From an uncultured Pseudomonadota bacterium (GTDB taxonomy: Bacteria > Pseudomonadota > Alphaproteobacteria > JACZXZ01): a DNA stretch of 64,000 nucleotides. The stretch's first letter is position 1. Each line of letters starts with the position of its first letter. The notes beneath the pieces were generated by a model. The model was not told the origin of the DNA. It did no database searches and saw nothing but the letters and a program-made list of their open reading frames with translations. This document shows positions 9,428 through 20,577 of this stretch, in pieces. A program made the translations under genes and the position numbers. Where the stretch lies: the NCBI GenBank assembly GCA_963749075.1, contig CAVVLJ010000016.1, forward strand, positions 64,001 to 128,000, written 5' to 3'.

Positions 9428-10114
9428 TCACCATCCCCTGAGGTCGATGCTCGTAGCAAAGCGCTTGCCGTCGCGGACGAGCTCGACCGCCGCCACGCGC
9501 CCGCCGGCGCTTGCTACCGCCTGGCGCAGGCTCGACGCGTCCGTCACCTCGCGGCCGTCGAGCGTGAGGATCACGTCGCCGAGGATGATGTCGGTGCGCG
9601 CTCCAGGCGAGCCCTTGCGCACCGCGATCACCCGGAGGCCGCGGGCGGTGCCGGCCTCGCGCTCCTGCTGCGGCGTCATGCGGTCGAAGAGGAGGCCGGT
9701 CCCCTTGCGCGGCAGCGGCGCGAAATAGAGCGCCCATTGCTCCATCGGCTCGACGCCATAGCGGAGATAGGAGGGATCCGGCGGGCCGCTGAATTTCTTT
9801 CCCACGATGACGACCGCGGCACTCACCTGCCGCGCCTCGGCCAGCACCTCCTCGGGATTGCGCGCGTCGCCAAAGACGGGTGAGGCGCCGATCACCGCGT
9901 AGCCGTTGTCGAGCTGCAAGAAGACGTCGAGCTTGGGATCGCCGGCGCTCTCGACGAGCCGCGGCGGGCCGGCGTAAGTCTCGAACGGCACGTTGGCCAT
10001 GGTGGTCCCGCTCATGTCTCGGTACGACCCGGCATAGGGGCTAGTACAGGCGGCGGCGAGGAGCGCCGTGCCCGCGAGCGAGACGAGCGTGGCAAGGCGG
10101 CGGATGGACGGCAT
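9428..10114 (-). CDS. PDZ-domain lipoprotein
   Basis: Lipobox-like LAAAC; C-terminal PDZ (VIAVRKGSPG...GDVILTLDG). Confidence 0.7.
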   Translation of the reverse strand: MPSIRRLATLVSLAGTALLAAACTSPYAGSYRDMSGTTMANVPFETYAGPPRLVESAGDPKLDVFLQLDNGYAVIGASPVFGDARNPEEVLAEARQVSAAVVIVGKKFSGPPDPSYLRYGVEPMEQWALYFAPLPRKGTGLLFDRMTPQQEREAGTARGLRVIAVRKGSPGARTDIILGDVILTLDGREVTDASSLRQAVASAGGRVAAVELVRDGKRFATSIDLRGW

Positions 10115-10202
10115 CGAGAGTCTCCGGTCGGGGCGGGAGCCCGTCATAGCGGATGAAGGAAGGCTTTGTCGATCCTCGGCGAGCAACCGTCTTGCGGAGG
10201 AC

Positions 10203-12200
10203 CTACTCCGCCGCCATGCCGCTGCGTCCTTGCGCCACCGTCGCCTCGAGAAGGGCTATGAGCTCGGGGCGGATGGCGGCGGCGGGGCGATGGCGGAGCT
10301 CGGCATCGGCCTCGATGCGCGCATAGAGGCAGTCGCGGAGATATTGCCGCGTCGCCGCGGGATAGGCGGCGAGGAGCTCCGCCACGAGATCCTGCACGAG
10401 GGGCGGCAGACGCTCCTCGTAGCTCTCCCGCTCGGGTCCGAGGACGAACTCCTCGCTCGAGCGCTGGTTGCAGAGTGCGATGCGGCGCACCTGCGTCGCG
10501 GCCTCGTCGACTTTCCCGGCGACGAGCACCACGCCATAGACCTGGGCGGCCTCCTCGACAGTGACGAAGCCGTTCGCCACGTCGGTCAGCACCATCGCCG
10601 GGTCGCGGTCGAGCGGGCTGCCGTAGCCGGCACCGCCCGGTGCCGTGATGCGCACCACGTCGCCTGGCTCGAGCTTCAGGATGTCGATCTTGCCGATGCT
10701 CGCCTCCTTGGCCGTGCCCGGGTTGACCAGCGTCTCGCCCAGGCTCCCGGGATGGGCGCCCTTGCGGCCGTAGGGCCTGAGCTTGAAGCGGTCCATGCCG
10801 CGCGCGGTCACGATGGCGTTGGGTGCCAGCGACTGGAACTCGAACACCACGCCCGTGCCGCCGCGAAACTGCCCCGCCGCGGCATGGTCCACCAGCATGT
10901 AGCGGTTGACGACGACGGGCGCCTCGAGCTCGATGCTCTCGGTCGGCACGTTGCGCAGCGAGCCCGCCGAGAAATTGACGCCGTCGATGCCGTCCTTGAC
11001 CGGCCGCGCCCCGCAGCCGCCCTGCATGGGCTGGAGGACGTTGACGTTGTAGCCGCCGGTGCGGGGATCGAGATGCGAATAGAGCACGATCGCGACCTGG
11101 CCGGCGCCGGCCGCCGGAATGCGCGACGGCACCGCCTGGCTCAAGGCGCCGAGCACGGCGTCCGCCACGCGGTAGCCCGTGGTGTGGCGCACGCCGGTCG
11201 CCACGAAGGGTGCGGGGTTGAGCAGCGTGCCCTCGGGAATCCTCACCTTGACCGAGGCGAGGATGCCGCGGTTGAGCGGCAGCGCGCGGTCGGAGGTGCG
11301 GAGGAAATTCACGATGCCGAGCACCACCCATTGGTTGGGCTTGCCGTAGGTCGGCAGGTTCATCGCCGCGCGCACCTGGGTGTCGGTGCCGGCGAAATCG
11401 AGGGTGAGCTCGCCGCCACGGGCGATGACGCGCACCTTGATGCGCACGAAGTAGCGCGAGGCGAAATCCGCCTCCACGTAATCGGAGAAGCGGTACTCGC
11501 CGTCCGGGATGGTGGCGAGGATCTCGCGCGCGCGGTGCGCCCCATAGGCCATCAAGCCGCGGATGCCCGCTTCGACCGCGGCGAAGCCGTATTGGGCCGT
11601 GACCTGGGCGATGCGGCGCTCGGCGATGGCGAGTGCTGCGAGCAGCGCCTTCATGTCGCCCCAGTTCTGCGTGGGGATGCGGCAGTTGGCGAGGATGATG
11701 GCGAGGAGCTCCTCGTTCAGCACGCCCGCCTTCATGAGCTTGGTCGGCGGGATGGCGAGACCCTCCTGGAAGCGGTCGTAGGCGGTGGGCGCGATGCTGC
11801 CCGGCACCAGGCCGCCCACGTCGGAGGAGTGCACGAAGCACCAGGCGAAGCAGAGCAGCTTGCCGCCCGCGAAGAGCGGCTTGAACAGCATGATGTCGGG
11901 GAGGTGCGTGCACATGCCTTGCGTGGTGTGCGGATCGTTGGTCACGACCACGTCGCCGGGCTCGAGCGACTTGAGCGCGCGGATGGCGGGGCCCATGTCG
12001 ATGCCCAGCATGTTGGTGACGCCGATGTTGCGCGGATAGCAGAAGACCTCGCCCTCGGGTGTGAGGAGGCCGGAATCGAAATCCCAGGTCTCCTTGACGA
12101 ACACCGTGAAGGAGGCGCGGTGGATGACGTAGCCCATCTCCTCGACGATGCCGGTGAAGCGGTTGTTGAGTATCTCGAGAAGGACCTTGTCAGACGCCAT
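10203..12200 (-). CDS. Hydantoinase B/5-oxoprolinase family subunit
   Basis: EEMGYVIHRASF, NDPH...THLPD, HSSDVGG, PGGAGYG. Confidence 0.9.
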   Translation of the reverse strand: MASDKVLLEILNNRFTGIVEEMGYVIHRASFTVFVKETWDFDSGLLTPEGEVFCYPRNIGVTNMLGIDMGPAIRALKSLEPGDVVVTNDPHTTQGMCTHLPDIMLFKPLFAGGKLLCFAWCFVHSSDVGGLVPGSIAPTAYDRFQEGLAIPPTKLMKAGVLNEELLAIILANCRIPTQNWGDMKALLAALAIAERRIAQVTAQYGFAAVEAGIRGLMAYGAHRAREILATIPDGEYRFSDYVEADFASRYFVRIKVRVIARGGELTLDFAGTDTQVRAAMNLPTYGKPNQWVVLGIVNFLRTSDRALPLNRGILASVKVRIPEGTLLNPAPFVATGVRHTTGYRVADAVLGALSQAVPSRIPAAGAGQVAIVLYSHLDPRTGGYNVNVLQPMQGGCGARPVKDGIDGVNFSAGSLRNVPTESIELEAPVVVNRYMLVDHAAAGQFRGGTGVVFEFQSLAPNAIVTARGMDRFKLRPYGRKGAHPGSLGETLVNPGTAKEASIGKIDILKLEPGDVVRITAPGGAGYGSPLDRDPAMVLTDVANGFVTVEEAAQVYGVVLVAGKVDEAATQVRRIALCNQRSSEEFVLGPERESYEERLPPLVQDLVAELLAAYPAATRQYLRDCLYARIEADAELRHRPAAAIRPELIALLEATVAQGRSGMAAE

Positions 12201-14259
12201 TCTCAGCCTCCCCGATGAGATTGCCGAAGGAATCGACGGTGACCGCGAAGCCGTGCGGCACGAGGGTCGTGGTATCGTACTGCTCGACGATGGCGGGTCC
12301 CGAGAAGCGGCTCCCGGCGGCGAGCGAGGCGCGGCTAAAGACGCGCGCGTCCCAGTGGCGGCCGTCGAGGAAGATGCGCCGGCTGCCGGGCGCTGCGCCG
12401 GCCTCCGAGCCTCGCCCCGAGGCGGCGGCGCTTTCGATGCGCGGCTTGAGTGTCACGCCGATGGCCGTCGCCCGCGCGTCGAGCACCTCGAGGGGTGCCG
12501 CCTCGTCCTTGTAGCCGTAGACCTGCTCGTAGATGGCGTTGAAGCGCCGCCTGAGCGCCTCGCCGCTCAAATCGGCCAGCACGTCGCGGTCGAGCGCCAC
12601 GTTGAGATCGAAGGACTGCCCGAGATAACGGATGTCGGCCGACCAGGCGATCCTGCGCTCGAGAAAATTCATGCCCTGGAGCTCGAGCCAACTGCCGCCC
12701 TCGCGCGCCACGGCCTCGAGCGCCGTGCTGAGCGCCGTGACCACGGGGGCCTCGGCACCCGCTGCCATCGTCATGTGGATGGTGCGGATGAAGTCGCGCC
12801 GCACGTCGGCGGTGAGCGAGCCCGCGGCGCACAGCACGCCCGGATGGAGGGGGACCAGCACGCGCCGGATGCCGACCTCGCGGGCGAGGAGGAAGCCGTG
12901 CGTGGGGCCGGCGCCGCCGAAGGGAAGCAGCGCGAAATCGTCGTAGCTGATGCCCTTGCGCGCGAGGAGCGGCACGAGGGCCGCGTACATCTGCGAGGTC
13001 GCCACCCTGAGGATGCTCTCGGCGGCCTCGAGCAGCTCGAGGCCGACGCGCTCGCCGATGCGTCCGACCGCCTCCCGCGCGAGCTCGGGCTCGATGGGAA
13101 CGGCGCCGCCGAGGAAGCGCTCCGGATCGATGACGCCGAGACAGATGTAGGCGTCCGTGACGGTGGCATGCTCGCCGCCCAGGCCGTAGCAGGCGGGTCC
13201 GGGCTTGGCGCCGGCGCTCATCGGCCCCACCTTGAGCACGCCGTTGCTGTCCGTCCAGGCGATCGAGCCGCCGCCGGCGCCGATCGAGGTCACGTCGATC
13301 GCCGGCATGATGACCGGGAAATCCCCGACGTAATTCTCGGTCGAATAGCGCGGCTCGCCGTCGATGACCGCCACGTCGGCGCTCGTGCCGCCCATGTCGA
13401 AGGTCACGAGGTTGCGCATGCCGATGGCCGCGCCCACGAAGGAGGCGCCGATGACGCCGGCCGCCGGGCCCGAGAGGAGGGTCTCGACGGGCCGCTCGCC
13501 GGCCTCCTCGACGTGCATCACGCCGCCGTTCGATTTGGTGGAGAGGATGGGTGCCGCCACGCCGAGCGCGCGCACGCCGCGGCCGAGGCCGGTGAAGTAG
13601 TCCTTCATCTTGCGCCCGACGTGGGCGTTCATCACGGCTACGAGGCCGCGCTCGTACTCGCGCATCTGCGGCCAGATCTCCGAGGAGAGGGAGACGTAAA
13701 TCTCGGGTGCGGCCTCCTCGAGGACGGCGCGGGCTTGGCACTCGTTCGCGTCGTTGCGGTAGCTGTGGAGGAAGCAGACCGCGACCGCCTCGACGCCGGC
13801 CTCGCGCATGCGCGAGGCCGCCTCGCGCAGGCTCGCCTTGTCGACGGGGCGCACGATGCGGCCGCCCGCGGACGAGCGCTCGGGAATCTCGTAGACGAGG
13901 GAGCGCGGCACCAGCGGCCGCGGCAGCTCGGTGAAGAAATTGAAGACGTCGGGAATGCGGTGCCGGCCGATGTTGAGGATATCGCGGAAGCCCTCGGTGA
14001 CGAGGAAGGCGGTGCGCGCGCCGCTCCTTTGGATGACGGTGTTCACCGCGAGCGTGGTGCCGTGGATGAAGTAGCCGATCTCCTCCGGCCGCACGTCATA
14101 TTCGGCGAAGAGGCGGCCGATGCCGTCGAACACCGCGGCCTCCGGCTCGGCGGGGTTGGACGGCATCTTCAGCACGAGGATGCGGCCGCTCGCCTCGTCG
14201 AGCAGCGAGAAATCGGTGAAGGTGCCGCCGATATCGATGCCCATCCGGTAACTGGCCAT
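12190..14259 (-). CDS. Hydantoinase A/5-oxoprolinase family ATP-dependent subunit
   Basis: GIDIGGTFTD, HGTT, SGPAAG, DMGGTS, IGAGGGSIA, FGGAGP. Confidence 0.92.
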   Translation of the reverse strand: MASYRMGIDIGGTFTDFSLLDEASGRILVLKMPSNPAEPEAAVFDGIGRLFAEYDVRPEEIGYFIHGTTLAVNTVIQRSGARTAFLVTEGFRDILNIGRHRIPDVFNFFTELPRPLVPRSLVYEIPERSSAGGRIVRPVDKASLREAASRMREAGVEAVAVCFLHSYRNDANECQARAVLEEAAPEIYVSLSSEIWPQMREYERGLVAVMNAHVGRKMKDYFTGLGRGVRALGVAAPILSTKSNGGVMHVEEAGERPVETLLSGPAAGVIGASFVGAAIGMRNLVTFDMGGTSADVAVIDGEPRYSTENYVGDFPVIMPAIDVTSIGAGGGSIAWTDSNGVLKVGPMSAGAKPGPACYGLGGEHATVTDAYICLGVIDPERFLGGAVPIEPELAREAVGRIGERVGLELLEAAESILRVATSQMYAALVPLLARKGISYDDFALLPFGGAGPTHGFLLAREVGIRRVLVPLHPGVLCAAGSLTADVRRDFIRTIHMTMAAGAEAPVVTALSTALEAVAREGGSWLELQGMNFLERRIAWSADIRYLGQSFDLNVALDRDVLADLSGEALRRRFNAIYEQVYGYKDEAAPLEVLDARATAIGVTLKPRIESAAASGRGSEAGAAPGSRRIFLDGRHWDARVFSRASLAAGSRFSGPAIVEQYDTTTLVPHGFAVTVDSFGNLIGEAENGV

Positions 14260-14291
14260 GCGCAAGGCTCCGCGAGGTGGGTGCGGCCCGC

Positions 14292-15080
14292 TCAGATCAT
14301 GAAGCGCAGGCGAAAGACGCGCTGCACGACGAGGACGAGGAGGCCGACGATGACGATCTGCAAGGTGGAGGCGGCGGCGATCGTCGGGTCGCCTCCCCAC
14401 TGGATCTCGGAGAAGATGTGGACCGGAAGCGTCGTCGCCCCGGGTCCGGAGAGGAAGAGCGAGAGGTTGATGTCGCTGAAGGAGATGATGAAGGCGAAGA
14501 TGCCGCCCGAGAGCAGGCTCGAGCGCACGAGCGGCAGCGTCACCTTGCAGAAGGCCTGGACGCGGCTGGCACCCAGGCTCATGGCCGCCTCCTCGAGGCG
14601 GAGGTCGATGCCGGCCAGGCCGGCGGTCACGCTGCGGATGACGTAGGGTGTCGCGATCACGAGATGGGCAAGAAGGAGGGTGAGGAGGGAGGATCTCATC
14701 CCGAGGCGGGCATAGTAGAGGTAAAGCGCCGCCCCGAGAAGGATATGGGGCACCAGGAGCGGCGAGAGGAAGAAGGCCTCGACCGCCTCGCGCCCGAGGA
14801 AGCGGAAGCGCACCAGGCCGATCGCCGCGAGCGCCCCGAGAGCGGTTGCGGCGAGCGCCGTCAAGAGGCCTAAGACGAGGCTGACGTGGAAGAAGGCGTC
14901 CACGAAGTCGTCGTTCGCGAAGAAATTGGCGTACCAGCGGAGCGACAGTCCCTTGGGCGGGAAATCGAAGCCCGCACCCGTGTTGAACGAGACGCCGATG
15001 ACGATGACGAGGGGGGCCAGAAGGGCCGCATAGACGAGGACGACGGCGAGCGAGAGGAGCCGGGGCTGCCGCGCGCTCAT
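14292..15080 (-). CDS. ABC transporter permease (PotC-like)
   Basis: EEAAMSLGAS EAA loop, TM helices, ATGA overlap with the upstream permease. Confidence 0.88.
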   Translation of the reverse strand: MSARQPRLLSLAVVLVYAALLAPLVIVIGVSFNTGAGFDFPPKGLSLRWYANFFANDDFVDAFFHVSLVLGLLTALAATALGALAAIGLVRFRFLGREAVEAFFLSPLLVPHILLGAALYLYYARLGMRSSLLTLLLAHLVIATPYVIRSVTAGLAGIDLRLEEAAMSLGASRVQAFCKVTLPLVRSSLLSGGIFAFIISFSDINLSLFLSGPGATTLPVHIFSEIQWGGDPTIAAASTLQIVIVGLLVLVVQRVFRLRFMI

Positions 15081-15940
15081 CGCCCGCTCTCCAGCCGCGC
15101 GAGCCGCCGCGTCGCGCGCAGGGCAAGGAACACCAGGGCCATGGTCGCCGCCACCACCACGAGGGCGAGGCTCGAGGCGCCCGGCCAGTCGAAGGCGACC
15201 AGCACCTGGTCGTAGATCTGCGAGCCGATGACGCGGACGCGGGCGCCGCCCATGAGAACGGGCGTGATGAAGGCGCTCAGCGACACGCTGTAGACGAGGA
15301 GCGATCCCGAGACGAGCCCCGGGAGGCTGAGCGGCAGGACGACGCGCAAGAGCCGCTGCGGCCAATTGGCGCCCAGATTGGTCGAGGCCTCCTCGAGGCT
15401 CAGCGGGATGCGCTCGATCGCGGCCATCGTCGGCAGCACCATGAAGGGCAGGAAGATGTTCACGAGGCCGATGACGACCGCCGTCTCGGTATACATGATC
15501 GTGGCCGGGCCGAGACCGAGCACGGCGAGCGCCTCGTTGACGAGGCCGTTGCGGCCCAGGATGACCATCCAGCCGAAGACGCGGATCACCGTGCTCACCA
15601 TGAGCGGCACCACGAGGAGGAAGAGGCCGAGGGCGGCCATGGCCGGGCGCGCCCGCGCCAGCGCATAGGCGACGGGGAAGCCGAGCGCCGCCGAGACCGC
15701 CGTGGTGATGAGCGCCAGCTTCATGGTGCGCAGGAAGAGCGCGAGGTAGTAGGAGTCCCACAGCTTGCCGTAATTCGCCGCCGTGAGCACGGGGAGCACG
15801 ATCTTCGTCGGCGAGTAGGTGAGAACGCTGTAGACCGCGATGTTGGCCGCCGGTACCACGAGGAGCAACACGAGATAGAGGCCGTAGGGCCCCACGAAGA
15901 GCAACCAGGCCGGCCGGCCGAAGCTGCGGCTCGGGCTCAC
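15077..15940 (-). CDS. ABC transporter permease (PotB-like)
   Basis: EEASTNLGAN EAA loop, TM helices. Confidence 0.88.
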   Translation of the reverse strand: MSPSRSFGRPAWLLFVGPYGLYLVLLLVVPAANIAVYSVLTYSPTKIVLPVLTAANYGKLWDSYYLALFLRTMKLALITTAVSAALGFPVAYALARARPAMAALGLFLLVVPLMVSTVIRVFGWMVILGRNGLVNEALAVLGLGPATIMYTETAVVIGLVNIFLPFMVLPTMAAIERIPLSLEEASTNLGANWPQRLLRVVLPLSLPGLVSGSLLVYSVSLSAFITPVLMGGARVRVIGSQIYDQVLVAFDWPGASSLALVVVAATMALVFLALRATRRLARLESGR

Positions 15941-15941
15941 C

Positions 15942-17051
<1,110 letters not shown>

Positions 17052-17085
17052 CGCGATGGGCCGCCGTGCCCTCCCCGAGCCTCGC

Positions 17086-18156
17086 TCAGCCGAGAACTTC
17101 CTTGTTCCAGCGGTCGAGGTATTTCTCGCGATTCTGGTTGATCTTGGTCCAGTCGAGCGGCGTCATGTTGGCGAAGCTCGCTTCCGGGATCGCGTAGTGG
17201 GCGAATTCGGGCGGCAGCTTCGTCGTCTTGTTGGACGGCGGATATTTGAAGAGAGCCGTCATGCCGAGCTGGTACTTGCCGTCGAGCGTGATGTTGACGT
17301 AGCGATTGGCGAGCTCGCGGAAGTGCGTGCCCTTCAAGATGAGGCAGCCGCTGCCGATCTGGATCGAGCCCGGCGGGTAGACGATGTCGGCCGCAATGCC
17401 GTTCTCCTGCAAGGCGAAGGTGCGCCCGTTCCAGAACGGCGCCATGACGATCTCGCCGCGGGTGAAGAGCTTCATGCCGTGATCGACGTTCTCCATGATG
17501 ACGGCGCCGTGCTGCTTGACGAGCTCAGCCGCCGCCGCCATGCCCGGCGAGATGTTGTCCTCGTTGCCGCCGAGCGACTTGTTGAAGGCGTGCAGCCAAT
17601 ACATGCCGTACCAGCCGTAGGCCGGGATGGCGATCTTGTTCTTGTATTTGTCGGCGAACAGATCCTTGAAGGACGCGGGCTTGCTCGCCTCCTTGGTGTT
17701 GTAGGTGAGGGCGAAGGCCAGCATCATGAAGGAGGCCCAATAGGCCTTGAGCCCGTGGCGCGGCGGCAGCTTCGCCGTGTCGTAGATGTCCTTGTAGTTC
17801 GTGATGATGTCGAGGTCGTAGTCGTCGACGCAGCCGCCGTCGGTCATGAGGATGGCCTCGGCCTCGCCGTGTCCCGACACGGTAAAGGGCGGGTTGCCGC
17901 ATTGGGCCATGATCTTCGAGGTGGCCACGGATTCGATCTGCTGGGCGTAGTCGACGGAGACCTTGTAGGTCTCCTCGAACTTGGGGGCGATGACGAAGTT
18001 CTTCTTGACGCCCTCGCCCCAGCTGCCGCCCGTCGACGCGATCGTGAACTTGTCCTCCGCCCAGGCGGGCGTGAGCCGTCCGCTCTCCAGAAGCGCCAGC
18101 GGGCCCGCCGCCATTCCGGCGAGGTAAAGGAAATCCCGTCGCGTGAATTGCGTCAT
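17086..18156 (-). CDS. ABC substrate-binding protein (PotD-like) with a Tat signal
   Basis: TRRDFL twin-arginine leader; position at the head of the Pot-like operon. Confidence 0.85.
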   Translation of the reverse strand: MTQFTRRDFLYLAGMAAGPLALLESGRLTPAWAEDKFTIASTGGSWGEGVKKNFVIAPKFEETYKVSVDYAQQIESVATSKIMAQCGNPPFTVSGHGEAEAILMTDGGCVDDYDLDIITNYKDIYDTAKLPPRHGLKAYWASFMMLAFALTYNTKEASKPASFKDLFADKYKNKIAIPAYGWYGMYWLHAFNKSLGGNEDNISPGMAAAAELVKQHGAVIMENVDHGMKLFTRGEIVMAPFWNGRTFALQENGIAADIVYPPGSIQIGSGCLILKGTHFRELANRYVNITLDGKYQLGMTALFKYPPSNKTTKLPPEFAHYAIPEASFANMTPLDWTKINQNREKYLDRWNKEVLG

Positions 18157-18218
18157 TGCGGTGAACTCCCGTTCGTGTGCGCGGCGCCTGTTGCGGCGCT
18201 CTCGCTATCGCAGCGCAC

Positions 18219-18248
18219 AACGTACCTGCTGGCGCTTCGCCGAGTCAA
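18219..18248 (-). promoter_or_regulatory. Putative sigma70 promoter of the ABC-hydantoinase operon
   Basis: TTGACT-18-TACGTT about 60 bp upstream of the SBP start. Confidence 0.4.
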
Positions 18249-18328
18249 TCGATTGCGCGGCAAGGCATGGCTGTATAACTGCCCCGGCTATGCAATGCCG
18301 CGCGCTCGCGCGCGGCTCCGGCGGAGCG

Positions 18329-19333
18329 TCAGGCGTTGCGCGCGGCCTTGGCCTCCGCGATCACCGCGGCGGGATCGAAGGCGTCGAAGTCATCGACGAG
18401 CGCGCCCGTGAAATAGTCCTGAGGCGCGCGCCGCGTACGGATTGCCCGGGTTGCCAGCATGAACTCCTGCCAGGCGGCGATCTCGCCCTCCGTGATGGCG
18501 CCCCAGCGCCTGACCGGCGCGTCCTCGGGCCGGGAGTTCTCGAGCCGTACCCGCAGCACCGCGAGGTCGCGCTTGAGGCGCGATACCTCCTCGCCCGGGC
18601 GCGGACGCGTTTCCGGGACGTGCTGCCAGACGAGGCGGATGGCGGCCTCGGGATCGGTCATGGTGAAGAGCGTCGCCTTGGCGAGTGCGCGGCCGTAGCC
18701 GCCGAGAACTCCGGCGCGCGCGGCTACGGTGCGGTCGTGGGCATAGACCGAGGCCGAGGGCGTCAGGCGGTCGAGCGTGTGCGCCGGCAGCCGCCGCAAG
18801 GGCGCCTCCGCCGCCGCGAACAGGCCGTAGACGAGATCGAGCTGCCAGATCGCCTGGATCTCGCCGGCGCGCATGGCCTTGACCATCTCGTCCGCCTCGT
18901 CGAGCGGTCCGCGCCACTCGACGAAGCTCACGTCGCGCTCGGGATCGAGGCCCTCGTCGATCAGCGCCGCGCGGGCGAAATAGAGGAGATCGGCGAAATG
19001 GAGCGCTATACGGGCACCCTTGAGATCGGCCACGCGCCGGATCTGGCTTTCGGCGAGCACGGCGAACGAGCGGTTCATGCGCCGGGCGAAGGCATAGAAC
19101 ATGCGGAACGGCTCGCCGCGGTCGCGCGCGACGAAGCCGAAGGCCGTATTCACGAAGGTCATGTCGCCGCGGCCTGAGACGACGCCGGCGAGCGCATCCG
19201 TGGGCGAGCCCGCGGCCACGTTCTCGAGTGCTATGCCCTCGGCGCGGTCGTAACCGAGGGCGGAGACGAGGGCGATCGGCGCATATCCCGGCCAGATATA
19301 GGGCAGTGGAACAAGCATCTTGAGCGGCTGCAT
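18329..19333 (-). CDS. NMT1/THI5-like PBP2-fold protein, no signal peptide
   Basis: LGYDRAEGIALE, IRRVADLKGARI, KATLFTMTDPEAA; paralogue of the neighbouring gene. Confidence 0.75.
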   Translation of the reverse strand: MQPLKMLVPLPYIWPGYAPIALVSALGYDRAEGIALENVAAGSPTDALAGVVSGRGDMTFVNTAFGFVARDRGEPFRMFYAFARRMNRSFAVLAESQIRRVADLKGARIALHFADLLYFARAALIDEGLDPERDVSFVEWRGPLDEADEMVKAMRAGEIQAIWQLDLVYGLFAAAEAPLRRLPAHTLDRLTPSASVYAHDRTVAARAGVLGGYGRALAKATLFTMTDPEAAIRLVWQHVPETRPRPGEEVSRLKRDLAVLRVRLENSRPEDAPVRRWGAITEGEIAAWQEFMLATRAIRTRRAPQDYFTGALVDDFDAFDPAAVIAEAKAARNA

Positions 19334-19357
19334 GGTCGTTCGTCTCCCCGAAAATTC

Positions 19358-20380
19358 TCACGCCGGCAGGCGAAAGGCACGCGCCTCTGCGACCACCGCC
19401 TCGGCGTCGAAACCGTTGTAGCGATCGACGAGTGCTGCCGTAAAATACTCCTCGGGATCGCGCCGCGTGGCGATCGCCTTGGTGCGCAGCATGAAGTCCT
19501 GCCAGATTTCGACTTCCCCGCGGGTGACGGCGCCCCAGCGCGGATCGGGCGCCTCCGCGATGCCGCTCAGTGCCAGGCGATCCTTGAGGATCGCGAGATC
19601 GCGCCGCATGACGCGCGCCTCGTCGCCCGCGGCCGGACGCGCCTCGGGCACGTCGCGCCAGAGGAGCTGCACGGTCGCCTCCGGGTTCGTCATCGCGAAG
19701 AGCGTGCCCTTGGCGACCGCCCGGCCGAGCGCGGCGTAGGCCTCGGGCCGCGCGCGGATGAGATCGTCGCGGCCGTAGAGGCAGGCCGCGGGCGTGAGCC
19801 CGTCGATGGCCGGCGCCGGCAAGCGGCGGAGCGGCAGGCCGGCCACGGAGAAGAGGCCGTAATTGATGTCGAGCTGCCACACCGCCTGAACCTCGCCCGA
19901 GCGGACGGCAGCGACCATGCGCTCCTCGTCGAAGGGCCAGCCAGGCAGCGGCACGAAGCGGACGTGGCACTGAGGATCGAGCCCCTCGCCGGCCAGTGCC
20001 GCGTTGGCGAAATCGAGGAGGTCGGGAAAATGGAGGCCGATCACCTTGCCCTTGAGATCGGCGAGCCGCGCGATCGGGCTCTCGAGCGGCACGGCGAAGG
20101 AGCGGTTCTGCTTGCGCGCGACGCTGAAGAAGCTGCGGAACGGCTGGCCGCGGTCGCGCACGAGAAAGTTGAACACCATGTTGACGAAGCCGACGCCCTC
20201 GCCGGCGAGCGCTCCCGCGATCGACTGCCGCGGCGAACCGGCGGCCACGACCTTGAGGTCGAGGCCCTCCTTGGCGGCGTAGCCGAGCGACTGCGCCATG
20301 AGCACCGGCGCATAGCCGGCAGGCACATAGGGGACAGGGGCGAGGACCTTGAGCGAGCCCAGCGAGCGGCTTGCGGCCAT
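19358..20380 (-). CDS. NMT1/THI5-like PBP2-fold protein, no signal peptide
   Basis: LGYAAKEGLDLKV, IARLADLKGKVIG, KGTLFAMTNPEA. Confidence 0.75.
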   Translation of the reverse strand: MAASRSLGSLKVLAPVPYVPAGYAPVLMAQSLGYAAKEGLDLKVVAAGSPRQSIAGALAGEGVGFVNMVFNFLVRDRGQPFRSFFSVARKQNRSFAVPLESPIARLADLKGKVIGLHFPDLLDFANAALAGEGLDPQCHVRFVPLPGWPFDEERMVAAVRSGEVQAVWQLDINYGLFSVAGLPLRRLPAPAIDGLTPAACLYGRDDLIRARPEAYAALGRAVAKGTLFAMTNPEATVQLLWRDVPEARPAAGDEARVMRRDLAILKDRLALSGIAEAPDPRWGAVTRGEVEIWQDFMLRTKAIATRRDPEEYFTAALVDRYNGFDAEAVVAEARAFRLPA

Positions 20381-20577
20381 TCTTATGTCTCTTACGTCTC
20401 TTCGTGTTGCCGGCGCCTGGGGCGGTCGGGCGCCGATGATCGGCGCGGCATCGCAGGCGAGTCAAGCAAAGCGTCGGGCGGGAGGCGCATAAGTTGCAGC
20501 AGCGGTGTGCCAGCGCCAACCGGCGCGCGTGACGTGCGGCGCGCTTGCCGGCGGACGTGTGCTTGCGGCAGCGCGTG

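Noticed and set aside
20495-20515. Sigma54-like TGGCAC upstream of the NMT1-like pair
   Set aside because: GG-to-GC spacing is 9 or 12 nt, not the required 10.
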